From the NCBI GenBank assembly GCA_030747475.1, contig JASLKO010000180.1:31631-95630 (forward strand): DNA of 64,000 nt, read 5' to 3'. Below are positions 58,601 through 64,000 of this stretch, in pieces. A program made the translations under genes and the position numbers. Under the pieces are notes generated by a model, which saw only the letters and a list, made by a program, of their open reading frames with translations, was not told the DNA's origin and searched no databases. This stretch comes from Candidatus Thalassarchaeaceae archaeon. GTDB lineage: Archaea; Thermoplasmatota; Poseidoniia; Poseidoniales; Thalassarchaeaceae. Position 1 is the first letter of the stretch; every line of letters starts with the position of its first letter.

Positions 58601-61600
58601 GTTGGGGAGATAATGCACATGGTCAACTTGGAATCAACTCAACAGTAGCAACGTCTCTACCTGTTGAAGTTCAATTACCTGTTAATACTCGTGCAATGTC
58701 AATTTCTGCTGGTTCTCAGCACACTTGTGTTGTTACTACTGTCGGAGAATTGTATTGTTGGGGGGATTCCTCGAATCAACAATTGGGAGAATATTTCATC
58801 ACCAATTCTTCCGGATATATTGAAGAGATCTTTTCTTCCAGTAATTGGTTGGACACTACATCTTTTTCTGAAGTCTATATTGGCCGATATGGCGGCAATA
58901 ATCACGACAATGATTGGACATATTCTACAGATGATGGAGGAACTCTCAAGTGGGATCTTAAATCCGGCAGCAATCAGTACAATGAATTCAGTTTCACAAT
59001 AAATGCTCTCTCTGATGGTTACATCACCTTTGATGTAAAGTCGGATATGGGCTCCAATGATTATATCTGCCTCTATATCGATTCTACCTGCAGCCAGGGG
59101 TGGTACCACCCCCCTAGTACCTGGACTACCAGGAATCATTCGTTCACAGCTGGAACTCATGAAATCCAATTTGTGGGTATAAATCAACATTCTTCTTCTG
59201 GATTCAATGATGCATGGTTGGATAATATCGTGATTCATGCCGGATTCAGCCTTGAGGAAGGCGGTATTGTACGCAATCCTTCTCTAGTTTCTCTTGGTTC
59301 AATGATTGTATCTGAAGTGACTACCGGTGATGATCATACATGTGTAACCACATCTACTAGTGCAGCATATTGTTGGGGAGACAATGGCGGTTCTACCACC
59401 ATGACATTGGGCAATAGCTCATTCACAGGTACGAATTCATCTTCTCCACTTCTTGTTGACTTAGCAGGAACAGGATCTCAATATTCAGGATCCCAGCCAC
59501 CTAGATTCGGCTTACTTTCAGCTGGTGCAGGTGCTACTTGTGGTACTCTTTTGACAAATGCCTCCACAATCTGTTGGGGTAAATCCTCCGCTGGAACATC
59601 TATCCTAGGCGGCGGCGAATCAGCGACCCACAACGGCAACGGTACTGCATGGATGGTCAAGGACATCGAATCCACCAATCCAAATGGCGGGAGTTGGATT
59701 GATGATCTCACAGTCATGGGCAATACCCTCTATTTCTCGGCCACTGACGGAACCCACGGTACTGAATTGTGGAAGAGTGATGGAACGGAAAGCGGCACTG
59801 TTTTGGTCAAAAACATCAATCCCGGCGGCAATGCGGCAAACCCCAATTATATTACAGCCATTGGCAATACCCTCTATTTCTCGGCCAACGATGGAACCGA
59901 TGGAATAGAATTGTGGAAGAGTGACGGAACTGAAAGCGGCACTGTTTTGGTCAAAGACATCGCCAGCGGCAGTCCCAGCAGTACTCCCAGCGACCTCATA
60001 GCCGTTGGCAACACCCTCTATTTCCGAGCCAATGATGGATCCAACGGACAAGAATTATGGAAGAGTGACGGAACTGAAAGCGGCACTGTGATGGTCAAGG
60101 ATATCGTCTTCGGGTCTTCATCCAGCAAGCCCTCGGACTTCACAGTCGTTGGCAATACTCTCTTTTTCGAAGCGGAAACTTCCTACGGATGGGAATTGCA
60201 CAAGAGTGACGGAACAGCCACAGGCACTGTGATGGTCAAGGATATCAACAGCGGAACTTCTGACAGCAATCCCAGTCAACTCACAGCCGTTGGCAACACC
60301 CTCTATTTCTCGGCCACTGACGGAACCAATGGATGGGAATTGTGGAAGAGTGACGGAACTGAAAGCGGCACTGTGATGGTCAAAGACATCCGCACGGGAA
60401 GTATGTCTGGTTCTCCCAATTCCCTAACAGCCATTGGCAACACCCTCTATTTCTCGGCCATGACGTCGACCTACGGAGCAGAATTGTGGAAGAGTGACGG
60501 AACTGAAAGTGGCACTGAGTTAGTCAAGGATATCCGCAGTGGTACTGCCGGCAGCAGTATCAGCAGGACCCGAGCCGTTGGCAACATTCTCTTTTTCAAC
60601 GCCCATGATGGAAGTTCCGGATATGAATTGTGGAAGAGTGACGGAACTGAAAGCGGTACTGTGTTGGTCAAGGACATCAACCCCACCAGTAATAACTCCG
60701 GGAACAGTAATCCACAACAAACAACCGACATTTGCGGCACCCTCTATTTCTCGGCCAACGATGGAACCGATGGAATAGAATTGTGGAAGAGTGACGGAAC
60801 AACCTCTGGTACCACAATGGTCCAAGACATTGGAAATACAAATAGTGTCTCAGGGGGCTCTCCTGATAACATCCTGAACACAACTGTTGACAACCATATC
60901 TTTTTCGTAGCTACGGACGGAACTCATGGACGGGAATTATGGACACTAAATCCATCCCAAATTACCTGCGGTAGCGGCTCAGGTAGCGGCTCAGAACCAT
61001 CAATTCACGGTACCTTCGTTTCCCTGAACGATACCACCTCTTCACTATCTGTTGGACATCATCATGCCTGTGCAGTAGTTGACGAAAAAATCCAGTGTTG
61101 GGGTGAAGAAAATGGAGGAGAACTTGGAGATGGAGGCAGCTCTACTTCCTCATCATCAACTCCAGTGGAAGTAGATATTACTGGACTGGGTACACCGATT
61201 GATGTATCTGTAAGCGAAATTGGCAACACATCTTGTGCCCTTTTCAAGAAGAATTCAGCGTACAGTTTCAGATGTTGGGGTAGTGATGAAGGTGGTGCAA
61301 TAGGAGACGACGCATCGTACAATAATGAAACATCTCCGTCTTCAAACGTGACTACTTTGAGTCATGGTTTTGTTGAACCCACTGCACCTTCTTCTTCATT
61401 GGATATAGCAAATTACGACATTGCTGAAGTTTCTGGAGGCCAGCACAATTACTGTGCTCGTTCATATCAAGGACTTGTCAAATGTTGGGGTTACGGCTCG
61501 CAAGGTCGACTAGGAATTGGAAGTACTACCAATATTGGTGATTCTCCCAATGAAATGGGCGATTATCAAGAGTTTACAGATTTAGGAACAAATCTCTTCG

Positions 61601-64000
61601 CTACAGATATTACCACGGGGTACGATTTCGCATGCGCTGTGTTGAACAATACTCAAATCAAGTGTTGGGGTGAAAATGGGCACTATCAACTAAGCAATGG
61701 CGATACAATCCATGCCGATCGTGGCGATGGTCCGAATGAAATGGGAGATAATTTACCATATGTCCGTACTCAAGCCTCCACCAATCCAGTTACTGGGTTC
61801 GTGAAGGTAGATGCCGGCCATCGTTCCGCTTGTGCCCTTACATTCGAAGGAGCAGTATATTGTTGGGGTTCCAATGACAATTACCTCATTTCTTCAGCAA
61901 GCTGGACAATGGGGTCTGCAACACTACAAACTCAATTATCTAGGCCTGCAATTGATATTGCAGTTGGTGATTATCATGCTTGTGTTATTTTGGATAATCA
62001 TCAGGTGCAGTGTTGGGGTCGCAATTCCGAAGGCCAATTGGGGACAGGAAACAAAACGACTCCTAACCAAAATACCGCTCAGAAAGAAAGGCCATATGTG
62101 GATTTAGGAAGTGATGTGGGTGCCTTGGACATCATGGCGGGTGGATCATACACTTGTGCGATCCTCACAACAGAAGGTACTGTTTGTTGGGGGGAAGGTG
62201 CTAGCAACCGACATGGTCGAAACTCAACCTCCGATTTCAGTTCCATGGGTGATGGGTTGGGCAATGGCACAGGAAGTCCGTATGATACAATTGCCAAACC
62301 GAACCGTTCATCCTTAGCTACAAGCTCGCAAGGAACTTGTATTGTCGATGAATGGAGTGAAGTACAATGTTGGGGCCACAACTACATTGCAGGTACAACC
62401 ACAGCCGCACCGATTACGATTAATGTGGGTGGACATGTTCGTTCAGTAGCGGTTGCTGATGGCCCTAGTGCCTGTGCAATTCGAATTGATGGTTCGCTCG
62501 TTTGTTGGGGGACAGGGAGTTATGGTCAGCTGGGTCAAGGAGATTCGTCCAACAATTATCCACCAGCATCCGGTGAGTTAAGTATTGAACATACAGATGT
62601 TCGATTGTGGTCTCCGGATACCGATTTTGATGGAATGCTTAATCTGTGGGATGACGATGATGATGACGATGGCGTATTGGACATTAATGACGCCTTCAGC
62701 CTTGATGAGTGTGCCTCAGTAGATACAGATAATGACGGCATGCCAGATACAATTACATCAGCATGTTCCACTGTACTGGTATTGGATTTAGATGATGATA
62801 ATGATGGATGGACAGATGTCAATGAGATACTCTGTGACACCAACACAATCTCATCACTTTCTGTGCCAATTGATACAGATTCTGATGGAACCTGTAATTA
62901 TTTGGATATGGATGATGATAATGATGGTTGGACAGATTCTCAAGAACATGAATGTGAACCACAGAGTTTCACCTCATTCAGGGCTGTGGGTAGTTCGTCT
63001 GGGACCTATCCCAACAGTGTTAACGGGGAACTATACTTTGGTGGACCAAATTCGGATGAACTTCGTTATTTGGGAAGAGCATCATCTGGTTATGGGGGGT
63101 TATGGATGTGGCCTTCAGCAACTAAAGATAGCCTGGGCCCATCATCGAGTAGCCAACGTTTTTCCAATTCAAATTATGGTGACATCACTCTTGAGCATCA
63201 AGATGGTGTAACTTACTATGCTGATAGGCAGAATCAAGGCCAGTTTAATGATGAAATAAATGGATTGTCTTCTCATTCCACCATTAGCACATCTTACAGT
63301 TCAAGCTCCAGTTATCGTTCTGAAATATCATTGGATGCGGACAATCGTGTTTACGTTGCAGATGGCTATTACAGATTTTGGCACCAAAATACAATTGACA
63401 GTTCGACATACTCCTACACTAACTTGCCAAATACTAATTCCAATAACAAGCATCATTTAGAAGCACAAGATAACGGAACAGTACACCATTTATGGTGGCA
63501 TAGTAATGACTTAAAATACACCCAAAGCCATCCAGTTACCGGATCATCAGGTAGAAGTTATGACTCCATTGAAACAATTGGTGGTTGGAGTGACCTACAG
63601 AATCATCAGTTTGATTTAGAAGTTGATAGCAATGGAGTTGTACATATTGCATTCTATCGTTCGTCTAGTTCCTCATATGCCATTACTTACATGAACAATT
63701 CAGCAGGTACTTTCTCCACCATCGGTTTTGAGAACTCTCTCCCCAACTCCGCTGGCCATGTTGATTTGGATATAGATCCATTGGGACGAGTAAATTTAGC
63801 CTGGACAGATACGAATAACAAATCTGTCTATCATACGATAATTGATGGAACAACGACAAATACTCAATTCGTACTTTCGACTTCTGGATCCATTCACACC
63901 ATTTCTCAAGCACTGGATCCCGTCAAGAACCAATCATATATTTTCACATCAAGTGGGAGCGACTCAAGAGTATCACACCAAGGTTCATTCGAACCTTGGT
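55636..64000 (+). CDS. Giant surface protein (>2788 aa, runs off window): RCC1 propellers, other propellers, ELWxxDGT repeat block, TSP3 repeats
   Basis: TATAAT about 25 nt upstream; MSVRLARSRSIFLAILMVTMAQVG signal-like start; frame 1 reads as protein wherever I checked; its absence from the ORF track is consistent with no stop inside the window. Confidence 0.88.
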   Translation, partial: MSVRLARSRSIFLAILMVTMAQVGYTMNGFESPKDSTLDSMNESAEVPTNNNIQNLYVGGAHSCVITEGELMKCWGNNSAGQLGIGNSESMGDEPNEMGADLPYLDLGTGLVPESAALGMSHTCILFTNNSLKCFGDIEALGLGYTDANGAGDGYLETGDYLPFWPAPTGRNVSLIAAGWYHTCAVLDDGSMTCWGENNHGQLGMGNTTDLGLQSDQTGDSISYVSLPTGVTISNMALGADHTCVLYDTGDVACWGGNDFGQLGIGSTEDIRDEAAESLTNISFPSGRYAIDITAGEGFTCALLDNNEAICWGLNDVGQLGQGNSNNYGDSGSEPVSGLSTIDLHSSATIRTIDAGYDHVCVSLNNNAVKCWGGNLFGHLGIGISGPTAHRGDDVAEMGSNLPSISLGSSMNPRAVEVGENFACMLKQSGTMPVKCWGSSVNGRLGYENTETLGDSSTDNLANIVNFALDSEYESVDCGASPFNSEMHILPAFELDSNQKGRTLDIAFRSDGCPGIVYSDDNTDNLRFAMYDNGIWVFEYPYSSNIGNSSALDVSLVFDENDVPHIAWSDFGYDTSTDDTHYATKANGKWNHVQLENGYPVTYDTEIIHFGDGDLEIIASPFTMGYLLSELCSASTDCLESSDWNSQTVIASYAYMQGLDSDIGLNGDAWVSQSQSNYAGSTNSFNIVSKPTGGSWNGIYPSLTAPNSTGSTSAISDIEVAPDGTVHAVYLHEDYATDGIMYVSCSGGRSTCSSSSNWSFIHVPYVTNKTFSLAVDYDLVPHVFFNSSSSLQYTKLVDGSWTTPVEILNLAVNEVRADFHPNGKLWLGAQLTANDNIWMIEGASFGGNGMSIDIDGDGWSGIEEYRCGSDMINSSSTPADADFDGICDAEDEIHDLFTYGESRTTSVGEDFSCGLTAQPDDGSNSNTLYCWGSNSHQQLGNYVVSNNPVLQSTAWAVPVLDLPSSWHAVDVDVGARHACAIGVDGDVYCWGDNAHGQLGINSTVATSLPVEVQLPVNTRAMSISAGSQHTCVVTTVGELYCWGDSSNQQLGEYFITNSSGYIEEIFSSSNWLDTTSFSEVYIGRYGGNNHDNDWTYSTDDGGTLKWDLKSGSNQYNEFSFTINALSDGYITFDVKSDMGSNDYICLYIDSTCSQGWYHPPSTWTTRNHSFTAGTHEIQFVGINQHSSSGFNDAWLDNIVIHAGFSLEEGGIVRNPSLVSLGSMIVSEVTTGDDHTCVTTSTSAAYCWGDNGGSTTMTLGNSSFTGTNSSSPLLVDLAGTGSQYSGSQPPRFGLLSAGAGATCGTLLTNASTICWGKSSAGTSILGGGESATHNGNGTAWMVKDIESTNPNGGSWIDDLTVMGNTLYFSATDGTHGTELWKSDGTESGTVLVKNINPGGNAANPNYITAIGNTLYFSANDGTDGIELWKSDGTESGTVLVKDIASGSPSSTPSDLIAVGNTLYFRANDGSNGQELWKSDGTESGTVMVKDIVFGSSSSKPSDFTVVGNTLFFEAETSYGWELHKSDGTATGTVMVKDINSGTSDSNPSQLTAVGNTLYFSATDGTNGWELWKSDGTESGTVMVKDIRTGSMSGSPNSLTAIGNTLYFSAMTSTYGAELWKSDGTESGTELVKDIRSGTAGSSISRTRAVGNILFFNAHDGSSGYELWKSDGTESGTVLVKDINPTSNNSGNSNPQQTTDICGTLYFSANDGTDGIELWKSDGTTSGTTMVQDIGNTNSVSGGSPDNILNTTVDNHIFFVATDGTHGRELWTLNPSQITCGSGSGSGSEPSIHGTFVSLNDTTSSLSVGHHHACAVVDEKIQCWGEENGGELGDGGSSTSSSSTPVEVDITGLGTPIDVSVSEIGNTSCALFKKNSAYSFRCWGSDEGGAIGDDASYNNETSPSSNVTTLSHGFVEPTAPSSSLDIANYDIAEVSGGQHNYCARSYQGLVKCWGYGSQGRLGIGSTTNIGDSPNEMGDYQEFTDLGTNLFATDITTGYDFACAVLNNTQIKCWGENGHYQLSNGDTIHADRGDGPNEMGDNLPYVRTQASTNPVTGFVKVDAGHRSACALTFEGAVYCWGSNDNYLISSASWTMGSATLQTQLSRPAIDIAVGDYHACVILDNHQVQCWGRNSEGQLGTGNKTTPNQNTAQKERPYVDLGSDVGALDIMAGGSYTCAILTTEGTVCWGEGASNRHGRNSTSDFSSMGDGLGNGTGSPYDTIAKPNRSSLATSSQGTCIVDEWSEVQCWGHNYIAGTTTAAPITINVGGHVRSVAVADGPSACAIRIDGSLVCWGTGSYGQLGQGDSSNNYPPASGELSIEHTDVRLWSPDTDFDGMLNLWDDDDDDDGVLDINDAFSLDECASVDTDNDGMPDTITSACSTVLVLDLDDDNDGWTDVNEILCDTNTISSLSVPIDTDSDGTCNYLDMDDDNDGWTDSQEHECEPQSFTSFRAVGSSSGTYPNSVNGELYFGGPNSDELRYLGRASSGYGGLWMWPSATKDSLGPSSSSQRFSNSNYGDITLEHQDGVTYYADRQNQGQFNDEINGLSSHSTISTSYSSSSSYRSEISLDADNRVYVADGYYRFWHQNTIDSSTYSYTNLPNTNSNNKHHLEAQDNGTVHHLWWHSNDLKYTQSHPVTGSSGRSYDSIETIGGWSDLQNHQFDLEVDSNGVVHIAFYRSSSSSYAITYMNNSAGTFSTIGFENSLPNSAGHVDLDIDPLGRVNLAWTDTNNKSVYHTIIDGTTTNTQFVLSTSGSIHTISQALDPVKNQSYIFTSSGSDSRVSHQGSFEPW
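59650..60950 (+). repeat. About nine ~144-nt ELWxxDGT repeats with high nucleotide identity
   Basis: GAATTGTGGAAGAGTGACGGAAC or close variants at about 59764, 59908, 60052, 60193, 60337, 60481, 60625, 60778 and a degenerate copy at 60934. Confidence 0.92.

Noticed and set aside
59650-60950. CRISPR array or DGR interpretation of the repeat/variable pattern
   Set aside because: Units stay in frame and encode a known protein repeat; constant parts are too long and imperfect; no cas or reverse transcriptase gene; variation is not adenine-specific by eye.
55818-63913. Many short ORFs listed in the track for the last 8 kb
   Set aside because: Shadows of the single long frame-1 gene.

Overview
Gene-dense archaeal chromosome segment. 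Gene content (FlaI/FlaJ-type pair, GGAGGTGA-like ribosome-binding sites, many giant RCC1/thrombospondin type 3 (TSP3) surface proteins, bacterial-type housekeeping genes) points to Marine Group II Euryarchaeota (Ca. Poseidoniales); this is an inference, not a database result. Layout: archaellum/type IV pilus ATPase and platform genes, MscS, three large single-pass surface proteins with different small cytoplasmic domains (HhH, EF-hand, SAP), a housekeeping block (icd, osmC, nrdJ, PIN protein, DHH, NUDIX, pduO, rlmH, panD, maeB with an in-frame TAG), a 2.8-kaa surface protein and pabC-pabBA. Next is an unexplained locus at 48.2-55.6 kb: hairpin RNA, small ORF, VWA gene, a ~320-nt multi-stem leader, a GC-rich secreted GQ/GQQ + Ca-binding-repeat protein with a structured trailer, two membrane proteins both ending H[RK]KF, and a 686-aa orphan. 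The window ends in a >2788-aa ORF that is absent from the ORF track and carries a nested, recently expanded ELWxxDGT repeat block. I saw no tRNA, rRNA, CRISPR array, integrase or transposase. All structures and alignments were done by eye.
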